This document shows, in pieces, positions 1-9,284 of a DNA stretch of 64,000 bases (position 1 is its first letter; each line of letters starts with the position of its first letter). The notes beneath the pieces were generated by a model. The model saw only the letters and a list, made by a program, of their open reading frames with translations, did not search any database and was not told the origin of the DNA. Source of the DNA: a virus (Duplodnaviria > Caudoviricetes); the IMG/VR virus record IMGVR_UViG_3300047567_000025, positions 64,001 to 128,000 of that record. One strand, given 5' to 3'. Both the position numbers and the translations under genes were made by a program.

Positions 1-157
1 AGCCATGATAGGCGGCCTCCTATTTATTGTAATATATATGTTAGTCAAAACCCCAAAGTAATGTTCACTCTAAGGGTATATCGAACATACATTATGAAAA
101 TGTCAAACATATGTATTGATTCATAATGTTTAATAAAATTTATAAGGAGGAATACTT

Positions 158-2554
158 ATGGAAGACCGCGTGCAACTTAAGCAAGAAGAAGTTGTTGATA
201 ACGAGATTGTACTGAAAGATATAAACCCTAAATCTTCAACAAAATCAATAGATGATTCAGCAACAGGTGCTTCGCTTAATGAGACACTTGACAGAATGTG
301 GAATGCAATTAATAATAAACTCAGTCGAATAGTAAATTCTGTTAATGGAAGAACAGGAGTAGTTGTACTAACTTCATCGGATGTAGGACTTGGTGATGTT
401 AATAATGTTTCATTTGCTGATATAAAACAATGGGTTATTGATCGATTGATTGATGAATTTGGTAACAAAAGAATCAAATTACTTAATTCATTTGACGATC
501 TTGATGATATTCTAATCAAGAATGATAAAAAAGATCGTAATTCTGCATACTTTATTGAGAAACTGAATAATGTTGATACTCGATCATATATTGGTTATAT
601 TTATCTCGATGAAAGCGCTGATAAGTTATCTTACATGCAAATGCCAATCAATACGATCGGGAAAACTGATGATTCAATCATTTATAATGAAAAAGTTGGC
701 AATGTCGATATGATGTATGGCGGTATAGCTGTAAATATATCCAGCTATGAAGATGCGTTAAAGCTATATGAAAAAGCAGGTACAAAAGAAGAGGCTGGTT
801 TATATATCGACAAAACGAAAATAATCAACAGCTTTTACTTTTTCGATTGTATTTATGGAATCTCAAGTGATAATTATAAGTCTGGCTTAATATACTACGA
901 AAATATTCCGAGTGATGCAAAGCCGATTAAATTTTTCATGAATGATGTAGAAATATCAACCGATTATGCTCTTAATTCGGAATATAATAACTTGAAGATT
1001 GGTGATCTAATCTTATGCAATTTTAAGCCATATCAAACAACAGCAGGTACGATACCCGATGGAATGGATGTTAAGTTAATGCAGCGATTATCATGCATTG
1101 GTATTGTTTCAGACATACCATCATCAATAAGTGGTAATAAGTACTACATAGTCAAATTCCATTCGGTTAAACCACAACTTGGTTGGGGATTAAAATATTT
1201 GGAAAACCATGAATTTGGATATTCGACAAGTACACCAGATCTCAGAGATTCAGAGGTTACACATAAACTTATCAAGGCACGTATTGGAAAAACTGGTACA
1301 GATGATAAAGCTATATCAAATCTATCGGGCCTACAGGTATATGCATCACCGAATGACATAAATCCAAACACGAATCAGTCTACCACAATACCAAGTGAAT
1401 TGTTATATACTACTTTGCCGACGGGTATCTCGAGTACATCTAAGAATTTTAAAGGCGGTATTGGTATTATGCCAGATGCTTCAATGTGTGTCATGCCATA
1501 TAATATGTATGGACAGTATCCAGCCGACAATCCAAATGGTTCAGCATTAATTGACAACTGGTGGATTCCCCTTGGTGATAGGAAGAATAGTACTGATGAT
1601 ACTTCAACAAATTATGAAGGTTCGTTTGAGCAATCAAGTATTGAAAATGGAACATTAGAAGATACATGTTTGCTTGGAATTAATATAAATAAAGCTGTTG
1701 AAGAAACTAACCGTGTTGTTGATAATGGTAATATGATATCGTCTAAATTTTCAAATTTATCCGGTCTCCATGTAGTTCGATCACATACTGTTTTAGAGCC
1801 ACAAAGCATTGGCTTTAAAGGTACTGCTTCAGCAGGTGATACTACAACAAGCTTGGGTGAAACTACAAACGGCCCTGCATTCGGCAAAACATTAATGAGT
1901 GGCGGTCTGGCAGTTAATGTTGGAAAATTCTTGGATATATCACCAAATGGATATCCTACAAAAGCATCATCATTTCATGATGGCGAAAGTGGTAAAGTTA
2001 ATGTCCGCATAGGAAAAGGACTTACTGATGATGGAAATAATTTCATCAGCATTAATACAGGTGATGGAACCGAGTTAGATAGTGAAGGCAAGCTTAAAAT
2101 AAAAGCAGAAAATCCATTTCATATCAAACATATAAATGTGTTAAATGTCGGCTCGGCCGGTATAGGTGTTATCATCGCAAATAATAAAGGTCTATTTGAC
2201 GAGCAACTAACGACAGGAAGCCACAGCATTGCAATAAAGATAAACGAGACATATGTTGACGAGCAGCCAAATAATATACACGAAGGTCTATTCTTTGATT
2301 CAGACGGATATCTACGTTGCCCAATTAATAATAATAAAGGTTTATCAATGGATACATCTGCTGTACCTTCTGCAGACAGCACAGGTTTATATATTAAAGC
2401 TGGTCGTGGATTAACGTTCTACAATGGTAAGCATGAACAGGGAACCGATCCTGAAGTCGGTAGTCTCGAGGTTGATCCTGTTGCACTTGTTGAGTTAATA
2501 AAAAATGATAGTACTGCTTTAGCCGCATTAAAAAGTGCGCTGGGTCTAGTATAA
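158..2554 (+). CDS. Tail fibre / baseplate-associated structural protein
   Basis: 798 aa with AGGAGG RBS; VNSVNGRTGVVVLTSSDVGL motif typical of tail-fibre repeats; C-terminal G-x-GL-x-x-D repeats (GKGLTDD, NKGLFDE, NKGLSMD, GRGLTFY). Confidence 0.55.
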   Translation: MEDRVQLKQEEVVDNEIVLKDINPKSSTKSIDDSATGASLNETLDRMWNAINNKLSRIVNSVNGRTGVVVLTSSDVGLGDVNNVSFADIKQWVIDRLIDEFGNKRIKLLNSFDDLDDILIKNDKKDRNSAYFIEKLNNVDTRSYIGYIYLDESADKLSYMQMPINTIGKTDDSIIYNEKVGNVDMMYGGIAVNISSYEDALKLYEKAGTKEEAGLYIDKTKIINSFYFFDCIYGISSDNYKSGLIYYENIPSDAKPIKFFMNDVEISTDYALNSEYNNLKIGDLILCNFKPYQTTAGTIPDGMDVKLMQRLSCIGIVSDIPSSISGNKYYIVKFHSVKPQLGWGLKYLENHEFGYSTSTPDLRDSEVTHKLIKARIGKTGTDDKAISNLSGLQVYASPNDINPNTNQSTTIPSELLYTTLPTGISSTSKNFKGGIGIMPDASMCVMPYNMYGQYPADNPNGSALIDNWWIPLGDRKNSTDDTSTNYEGSFEQSSIENGTLEDTCLLGININKAVEETNRVVDNGNMISSKFSNLSGLHVVRSHTVLEPQSIGFKGTASAGDTTTSLGETTNGPAFGKTLMSGGLAVNVGKFLDISPNGYPTKASSFHDGESGKVNVRIGKGLTDDGNNFISINTGDGTELDSEGKLKIKAENPFHIKHINVLNVGSAGIGVIIANNKGLFDEQLTTGSHSIAIKINETYVDEQPNNIHEGLFFDSDGYLRCPINNNKGLSMDTSAVPSADSTGLYIKAGRGLTFYNGKHEQGTDPEVGSLEVDPVALVELIKNDSTALAALKSALGLV

Positions 2555-2567
2555 AGGAGGAATTTTT

Positions 2568-3878
2568 ATGAATAATAATACTAATATGAATATATATGAT
2601 GAATTATCATTCGCTGATGCGTCTAATATTAAGCATGGCTTAAGAGGACATGTACAAATATTTCGGCAGAACATTGCGACAGGTGAAACGTCATTATGGG
2701 AAGAAAGTGATAACATAATTCCTATAAGTGGTTATCAATGGATTCTGATGAAAATGTTTGGCTTATATCTTGATTCAAAGCATAATAAATCAAATAAGCA
2801 ATATGAAAATCTTGGAAGAGATACGAATCTTATAATTCCAGATTTAAATAATGCAGAAACACTTGGTATTGGAATAAACCCAAATTCATATACTGAAATG
2901 ACCAATGATATATCAGCCGATCATTTTGTCCAAGGTTTCATGATTGGTAACATGGGATCTGGTGAGGATGGAATAACCACAAAGAATACAGACTATTCAT
3001 TTATGAAACTTAGGAATCCTATACCATTTCAGCAAACACAGACTACACTTGCTTCTGATATAGCAGGACAATATCTCGGAAAATTACGAATGGCTGATAG
3101 TGCTAGTACATCTTCATTCTATATTAAAAAATTTGATGATACGCCACATATTTACCATAGCTGGTGGAAGGATGGTCAACGTTGGGATTACATCGATGCT
3201 GTTACCCCAAATGATTTAGGCCCGAATGCAACTAATGGTCTCGGTAAGACCAATCGTATCGAGACATATGCTGAATGTAAATTAACATTAAATGAAGATG
3301 ACTGTATATCATATTTCACACATAATAACGAGACAGCAATTGTTAACGAGTTGGGTCTCGTATCATATGATACAATACCAGGAACTCGTTCAATTATTGA
3401 AAGAACATACAATATGATGATCAAAGATTTCATAAAGATAATATTTGATGATAATCATACATCAGAAAGTATAACAGAATTGATTGCACTCGCTACAAAT
3501 ATTTATAGCGTAATATCACAACTTGCTGCTTACAAACAGACGCATATAAATTCATTTATTGATGTCGTCAATGAAGTTTCTGGATTACAGCCAACTTCAG
3601 AAATTAGTTTCGCTTCATTGAAACGAGCTTTATCTAATGCTGATAACATAGGTGTTGAAGCGTTCTATAACCAAAATCAGACACTGATATATACAACAGA
3701 TCATTTCTTAGAATATATGTCTGATGATGTTTTCAATGGAAATCAATCTTTAGGACTTAAAGCACTAACTACTGATGAAGCTCAGAGAATAAAGCTTATC
3801 ACATATTATACATTTAAAAGTATACCATTACAAAGCAATTGGCGAATTTTTATTAATTACAGAATTTATGCAAATTAA
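2568..3878 (+). CDS. Putative baseplate / tail-fibre attachment protein
   Basis: 436 aa with AGGAGG RBS; LRGHVQI...DNII at the N-terminus and NELGL...LITYYTF segments resemble fibre-attachment domains; follows the fibre-like gene. Confidence 0.4.
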   Translation: MNNNTNMNIYDELSFADASNIKHGLRGHVQIFRQNIATGETSLWEESDNIIPISGYQWILMKMFGLYLDSKHNKSNKQYENLGRDTNLIIPDLNNAETLGIGINPNSYTEMTNDISADHFVQGFMIGNMGSGEDGITTKNTDYSFMKLRNPIPFQQTQTTLASDIAGQYLGKLRMADSASTSSFYIKKFDDTPHIYHSWWKDGQRWDYIDAVTPNDLGPNATNGLGKTNRIETYAECKLTLNEDDCISYFTHNNETAIVNELGLVSYDTIPGTRSIIERTYNMMIKDFIKIIFDDNHTSESITELIALATNIYSVISQLAAYKQTHINSFIDVVNEVSGLQPTSEISFASLKRALSNADNIGVEAFYNQNQTLIYTTDHFLEYMSDDVFNGNQSLGLKALTTDEAQRIKLITYYTFKSIPLQSNWRIFINYRIYAN

Positions 3879-3891
3879 TGAGGTGCTTGTA

Positions 3892-4464
3892 ATGGAAGAG
3901 AATATAAATGCAATATTGTCATCAGTATCAGAATCTGTTCGCAATAACGTTGCTATGTGTATTGAATTATTTTCGCATATAAGATGGAAAAAGATACTGG
4001 TTACTATACCAATGATTCCCAAACCATCACAACGTCCACGCTTGTGTGGCTATCGAGTTTATGTTCCAGGGGCATCTAAGAATGCTGCATTCTTTGAAAA
4101 GAATGTATTACCAACAATGAATGGTCTATTTATTTCAACTCCATGCAAAATAAAACTTGATATATATGCGCCTATACCACCATCATTCACAAATACACAA
4201 AAATGTCTTGCTGATATGAAAATACTTCGACCATGGGCTCATACTGGTGATATAGATAACTATGCAAAATCTGCGTTGGATATGATTCAGCCAAATGAAA
4301 AACGAGGACACACAGGAATATTATATGACGACAGTTTGGTAATTGATCTGCAGACCAGCAAATATTATTCTAGTTCACCACGATATGAGCTTGTAATTAC
4401 ATACATGGATAAGATACCAGATAAACTCATGTCATCGCTGCGTCTAAAGAACATACAACACTAA
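3892..4464 (+). CDS. rusA: RusA-like Holliday junction resolvase
   Basis: PKPSQRPR, GDIDNYAKSALD (DxDNxxKxxxD) and YDDSLVIDLQTSKYYS motifs; GAGGTG RBS favours ATG 3892 over 3868. Confidence 0.8.
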   Translation: MEENINAILSSVSESVRNNVAMCIELFSHIRWKKILVTIPMIPKPSQRPRLCGYRVYVPGASKNAAFFEKNVLPTMNGLFISTPCKIKLDIYAPIPPSFTNTQKCLADMKILRPWAHTGDIDNYAKSALDMIQPNEKRGHTGILYDDSLVIDLQTSKYYSSSPRYELVITYMDKIPDKLMSSLRLKNIQH

Positions 4465-4488
4465 ATATCTATAAGGAGGATAATAAAC

Positions 4489-6555
4489 ATGGCTAGCATA
4501 AAAGATACTGTGGATACAGCAAATAACGCGAGTAATGCTGCTTTTGACGCCATTAATGCGTTAGATATTAGCACTGCTAAATTTCAAAAAAGCAAACGAA
4601 AGGGATCTATCATAAATTCTGCGAAAGGAAATATATTTGAATTTCCAGTATTTATTTCGAGTAGTACTCCGCTTGATTATGCAGAAGCAACAACATCATT
4701 ACTTGAACAGGTATATTTGTCATACCTGCAGATGGCTGTGTCAATAAATCCGGTTATTGATGCAAATACTGCTAAAAACGGACTCCAGTTTGCTGATTTC
4801 AAAACAGATACAAACAAATATCTTGAATGTGCAGACACATCATATATGGTAGACGCATGTCATGCTGTATATGAAAATGCAGAATATAAAACTGAATTTA
4901 ATCTTATTTCGATTGATGACGATGTTGCTCGTATAATCAACGAATCGGTAGATTATCAGCCTCTATCAGAGTTTAATCATTACTTTCAAGAAGCTGATAG
5001 CAGTAACCCCGATGATGATCAGCTAAATGATCTGATTAAGAAATTACATGACCGAGAGAATGAAATAGATAAATTGAAAGATCAGCTTGACGACGCTTTA
5101 AATAGTGAAAAAAGACGAAAGGATTCTGCTGAAGCAGATATTGCCGTGCGTAAAAATCAAATACAGGATTACGACGATACCTATATGAATGACGAACAAA
5201 TAATTCATAGAAGTTCAGCAAAAAAGACGCAGCATGAAGCAGCAATTGCCGAATATCGTGAAAAAATAGCAAAGATGGAAGCAGCTGTTAAAAATTCCAA
5301 TTATTTCAACGATGATAAGAAAAAGATGAATGCTGATCGAAAACTTGCAGAATTGAAAAAAGATCTTGCTAATATTGAGAAGAATATCAAGCAGTCTGAA
5401 AATTATGTAACTGACGAAATGAGAATTCATTCTGCTAATAGAAAATCTGCAGAAGCTAAATCTGCAATAGATGAAGTTAATGCTAAGATTATGCAGGATA
5501 AGCAATATGCACAAGCCAAGAAGGCTGAGCTTAATGAGATGCTTACAAAAGCAGAAATGCTTCAATTCGACCAGAAAATGCAAGAAGTCAATGCTGCAAT
5601 TGGAATTGCTGATACCGCCGTTAATATGGGATCTCGAGTCGTAGGTACAATCGATTCCCATAAGAAAAATAAAATCGAAATTGAACAGCTCAAGAAGCAA
5701 CTTGCAAACTATGACGAAGATCATCAGCGTGCTATTGATAAGCATGACGCTGACCTCAAAAAAATAGATGCTGAGATTCAGCATTACAGACAGCAAGATA
5801 TGTCTATTACGGCTGTTAAAGCACCACAGGCTATCAAAGAGGGCGACATACAAAAATTAAATACAATGAAGCCCCTTCTAATGAATGTTGCACTTAATGT
5901 TGTTGACAATAACGGTTCATTATCAAGACCGATTGAATATATCATTGGTGTAAAGACACATTCACGTATTGTTGATGCTGAGATACTTCCGGAAGTTGCA
6001 GAATATCCATTAGAAGAAATGAACAAGCTCACAAGAAAAGCGAAGTGGCGAGCAGGTGAACTTAAATTTTTCAAGGATATTGTGTTCCGTATTCAGCAGA
6101 AAAAGCAGACTGCTGTCGATTCCCGTGATTCAAGAAGAAAATGGTATCGCCGTCTCTATGAACTTGCACATTTAAAAGGAGACGCTCCTGCAACAGCGGT
6201 TGTTTCTGGAAAATCACTGGTTGGTGCATTTATTAAAGACAAGCAGGGAAAAGGCAAACTTGCAAATGGAATGATTCCTAATGCTACAATGATTATCACA
6301 AAGGCTGACGTTGATAATATTAAAATGAAAACTAATATTGATCTTCTAAAAGGAAGCACTGCAACAAAGTTCTGTAATGAATTATTTTTAATTGCTATAG
6401 TGGTCATTGATAATGATGCTGAATCATTAAAGATATTACTGCCAGATCTTGATAATGATTACGAGATTCATTCTCTTGCTGCAGTTCAAAAGCAAATATC
6501 TATGCTAGATACAAGTGGTACAAAAACACGTGATATGTTTAAACTGCTTGGTTGA
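4489..6555 (+). CDS. Virion (head) protein with long central coiled coil
   Basis: 688 aa; heptad-rich centre; carries HYFQEAD, a candidate maturation site shared with head proteins. Confidence 0.5.
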   Translation: MASIKDTVDTANNASNAAFDAINALDISTAKFQKSKRKGSIINSAKGNIFEFPVFISSSTPLDYAEATTSLLEQVYLSYLQMAVSINPVIDANTAKNGLQFADFKTDTNKYLECADTSYMVDACHAVYENAEYKTEFNLISIDDDVARIINESVDYQPLSEFNHYFQEADSSNPDDDQLNDLIKKLHDRENEIDKLKDQLDDALNSEKRRKDSAEADIAVRKNQIQDYDDTYMNDEQIIHRSSAKKTQHEAAIAEYREKIAKMEAAVKNSNYFNDDKKKMNADRKLAELKKDLANIEKNIKQSENYVTDEMRIHSANRKSAEAKSAIDEVNAKIMQDKQYAQAKKAELNEMLTKAEMLQFDQKMQEVNAAIGIADTAVNMGSRVVGTIDSHKKNKIEIEQLKKQLANYDEDHQRAIDKHDADLKKIDAEIQHYRQQDMSITAVKAPQAIKEGDIQKLNTMKPLLMNVALNVVDNNGSLSRPIEYIIGVKTHSRIVDAEILPEVAEYPLEEMNKLTRKAKWRAGELKFFKDIVFRIQQKKQTAVDSRDSRRKWYRRLYELAHLKGDAPATAVVSGKSLVGAFIKDKQGKGKLANGMIPNATMIITKADVDNIKMKTNIDLLKGSTATKFCNELFLIAIVVIDNDAESLKILLPDLDNDYEIHSLAAVQKQISMLDTSGTKTRDMFKLLG

Positions 6556-6576
6556 TATATTACGAAAGGAGAATAT

Positions 6577-7584
6577 ATGATTATGAAAGATAAAACAGCA
6601 ATAGATGACGCTGTAATTTTAACGATGATAGAAAATCTAAACAGTATCTATTCGAACAGAAGCAGTGATGAATATAAGTCTCACGGAAATATCACATTAT
6701 CACAGAAATATTCTGATATTGAAAAAATGATTTCGAATCTTACTTTAATTAAAAAATTTCCAAAAGAAGAGGCATCAGACCTTAAAATATTATTTAGTAC
6801 ACTGCATAGACCGGTCTTCAATAAAATGGTAACAGAATACATTGCAGAGCCGAATGACAAAAACGTTATATTCACTGCGGTATATACAGTTGGATATCGA
6901 GTCTTAATAGGAGAATTATCACGAATTTATGCTTCTACAGAGGCTACTAGTACAGGAATTGTATATAAACCCGACAAAATATCAAGACGTGCTGATATGA
7001 ATAGCTTTATCAAAGTATATAATGCTAATCTTGAGCAGCGTCTCGATAGATATATTCGTTCTACAAATAATGATGATTTGACAAAACCTGTACAAGAAAG
7101 TGCTGCAATTGATGCTGTATCTGGTGCAGCTGTAACAGTGCTAAATATCGTTCCAAAAGTCTTCATCACTATTGGCAATATATTTAGAGGAGCCAAAGAA
7201 CTTAATCCAATAGCATTGATTAGTGCTATTCTGTCACGCTCATATGATAACAAGGTTAAAAAGTTTGATGAAACTGTGTCGATGTATAACGCAACAAAGA
7301 AAGCATATGATGAATATGTGAAAATCCCAGAAGCACAGCGGAAAAAGAAAATTGAAAGCCGATATATCAAAGATCTTGATAAATATAATATCAAAATGAA
7401 AAATCTGAAAGCTCAGATTGATCATTACGATTCAAGATCTTTTGAAGAGATGAAGGATTCATCAAAAAATAAATTAGCAAAAAGAACAGCTACAAAACCA
7501 GCAACATCCGACGCATCACCAGAAACATCCGACCCAGCAACACCAACACCTTCTACATCCAATAATGATGATATGGATTTCTAA
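6577..7584 (+). CDS. Putative virion head protein
   Basis: 335 aa; PVQESAA candidate maturation motif; followed by a hairpin terminator. Confidence 0.45.
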   Translation: MIMKDKTAIDDAVILTMIENLNSIYSNRSSDEYKSHGNITLSQKYSDIEKMISNLTLIKKFPKEEASDLKILFSTLHRPVFNKMVTEYIAEPNDKNVIFTAVYTVGYRVLIGELSRIYASTEATSTGIVYKPDKISRRADMNSFIKVYNANLEQRLDRYIRSTNNDDLTKPVQESAAIDAVSGAAVTVLNIVPKVFITIGNIFRGAKELNPIALISAILSRSYDNKVKKFDETVSMYNATKKAYDEYVKIPEAQRKKKIESRYIKDLDKYNIKMKNLKAQIDHYDSRSFEEMKDSSKNKLAKRTATKPATSDASPETSDPATPTPSTSNNDDMDF

Positions 7585-7592
7585 ATAACAAA

Positions 7593-7624
7593 TATTATGA
7601 TGGGGCATGTGCCCCATCATAATA
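7593..7624. terminator. Hairpin terminator (ATGGGGC-N4-GCCCCAT family)
   Basis: tattatgatggggc-atgt-gccccatcataata, 14-bp stem right after the 7584 stop. Confidence 0.75.
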
Positions 7625-7667
7625 ACTTTTATTTTAATGCACATATATATCATTTAAATGAGAAAGG

Positions 7668-8084
7668 ATGATGAATAATTTGTATATTAGTTCGATAGCA
7701 ACTCAAATTAGTGATGTTATAATAGAATACTATATTTCATACCAAAGAAAACATATTAATATTAATAATAATATCTCAAGATCACTACTGCAAAAATATA
7801 TTAGCGATATACTTATTAATGCATTTAATCAGCGATATTCTGTTGATGAAAAAATTAGTAGTATTGATATTTTATATTTTCCGTATGAATGTCGTTACGA
7901 ATTGATCCATAATCTTGATGATGACATTATATGTGATATTAATAATAAATTATCATGCTATTTAAATAATCACATTATTATTAATAATGAATATGAAGTT
8001 ATATCAATCAATATTTGTCCATTTGAAGGATTGGTAATAACACATGGTGCTATTATAAACACACTTGATTTATATTTCTATTAG
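7668..8084 (+). CDS. Hypothetical protein (likely early gene)
   Basis: 138 aa; preceded by ATATATCATT, a variant of the putative early promoter motif. Confidence 0.55.
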   Translation: MMNNLYISSIATQISDVIIEYYISYQRKHININNNISRSLLQKYISDILINAFNQRYSVDEKISSIDILYFPYECRYELIHNLDDDIICDINNKLSCYLNNHIIINNEYEVISINICPFEGLVITHGAIINTLDLYFY

Positions 8085-8167
8085 CAGTTGTTGGTGCTGT
8101 TCAATGTGTGCTATATAAAACATAGATATATTATTTACTTATAATTCATATACAGGAGGTGTTTAAA

Positions 8168-8362
8168 ATGACATATTCTATACAAATATTAGATAACCAT
8201 GGCAATCTAATCGGTGAATTAATGACAGCTTCTTTAAGTGATGTTATGAAATTCATCAATAAAGGCCTTACAGTGGTGAACAAATTAACTGGACAACCAA
8301 TATCAACTGAAACAGTTAATCAGACAATCGGAGTATCTGATGGATTAATTAACATTGGCTAA
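8168..8362 (+). CDS. Small hypothetical protein
   Basis: AGGAGGT RBS favours ATG 8168; ATATATTATT motif at 8126-8135. Confidence 0.65.
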   Translation: MTYSIQILDNHGNLIGELMTASLSDVMKFINKGLTVVNKLTGQPISTETVNQTIGVSDGLINIG

Positions 8363-8489
8363 CTTCACTATATTATACACATATTAAACAGCATCAGCAA
8401 TTTCATTTATCAAAACATATATATTTAATATGGATAAAACAATTTATGGATTGTTTTATATAAAACAAATTCTTTAGGAGGAATTTAAA

Positions 8490-8924
8490 ATGGCTACTAA
8501 TAAACCTTTTTCATTTGCAGCATTCTGCACATACGGAAATGCATGTTTCAACGATCCGGAGAAAACTCCTGACATCAGAGACGCGTTTAAAACAGATCTT
8601 AAGAAAGCTATTGCACATGCAGGATATCCAACAAAAGAAGAAATCAATATCGTTGATGATATTAATGATTTTGACATGAGTGCCACACTTCAGCAGGTTC
8701 CAAAGATTGTTTCTGGATTTATGCACGATGAACAGAGAAACTTCGATATTCCATCATCTGACAGCAAGACATGTGCTGCTACAGTAAAGGTTGTCGCTGT
8801 TGATAAAAAGACCAAGGAAGGCATTATTATGCTTGGTGACAAGAAGGGTAGTCCTTATACAAGCACAATAGCTGCACACGAAGAGATTTCTGTTAAGAAC
8901 AAGAGAGATCCTTTCAAGAAATAA
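8490..8924 (+). CDS. Putative HU/IHF-like DNA-binding protein
   Basis: 144 aa, strong RBS; C-terminal ATVKVVAVDKKTKEG...GSPYTSTIAAHEEISVK resembles the HU beta-ribbon arm; weak by-eye similarity. Confidence 0.35.
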   Translation: MATNKPFSFAAFCTYGNACFNDPEKTPDIRDAFKTDLKKAIAHAGYPTKEEINIVDDINDFDMSATLQQVPKIVSGFMHDEQRNFDIPSSDSKTCAATVKVVAVDKKTKEGIIMLGDKKGSPYTSTIAAHEEISVKNKRDPFKK

Positions 8925-9017
8925 TTTATTAATTATTTCATATGAATATTCATATGATAATTATGTGATAAACATGCCAATTCATATTGCTGTGGTGAAT
9001 TGGCATACATATCTATT

Positions 9018-9134
9018 ATTAATGCGGCTGATATTGAGAATCATTATAACATAATTTCGACAATTTGTCATTAAAAAATATCAATGTTTTAAATGATTCA
9101 TTCTCGCCAAATATGATTAGCTTATTGCATTAAT
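9018..9134 (+). ncRNA. Candidate rod-like structured RNA
   Basis: Nested stems 9018-9025/9127-9134, 9026-9032/9116-9122 and 9038-9052/9084-9099; lies between a stop codon and a terminator. Confidence 0.3.
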
Positions 9135-9145
9135 TATAATAAATT

Positions 9146-9178
9146 AAAATGGAGGCTTTTTAGCCTCCATTTTTTTTT
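9146..9178 (+). terminator. Rho-independent terminator
   Basis: aaaatggaggct-tttt-agcctccat followed by a T-run. Confidence 0.85.
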
Positions 9179-9245
9179 GTTTATATTTTGAGCAAATATT
9201 TTATGACTGAATCTAATAGTATAAAATCAATAAAAGTATAAAGTA

Positions 9246-9276
9246 TTATTTGAGGGGCATTGAGCCCCTCAAATAA
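9246..9276 (-). terminator. Hairpin terminator for the giant tail gene
   Basis: ttatttgaggggc-attga-gcccctcaaataa directly downstream of the stop at 9285. Confidence 0.7.
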
Positions 9277-9284
9277 ATAATATT

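Noticed and set aside
1-20. Start of a minus-strand gene (AGGAGG RBS, ATG at 6-4)
   Set aside because: Only two codons lie inside the window, so no product can be called
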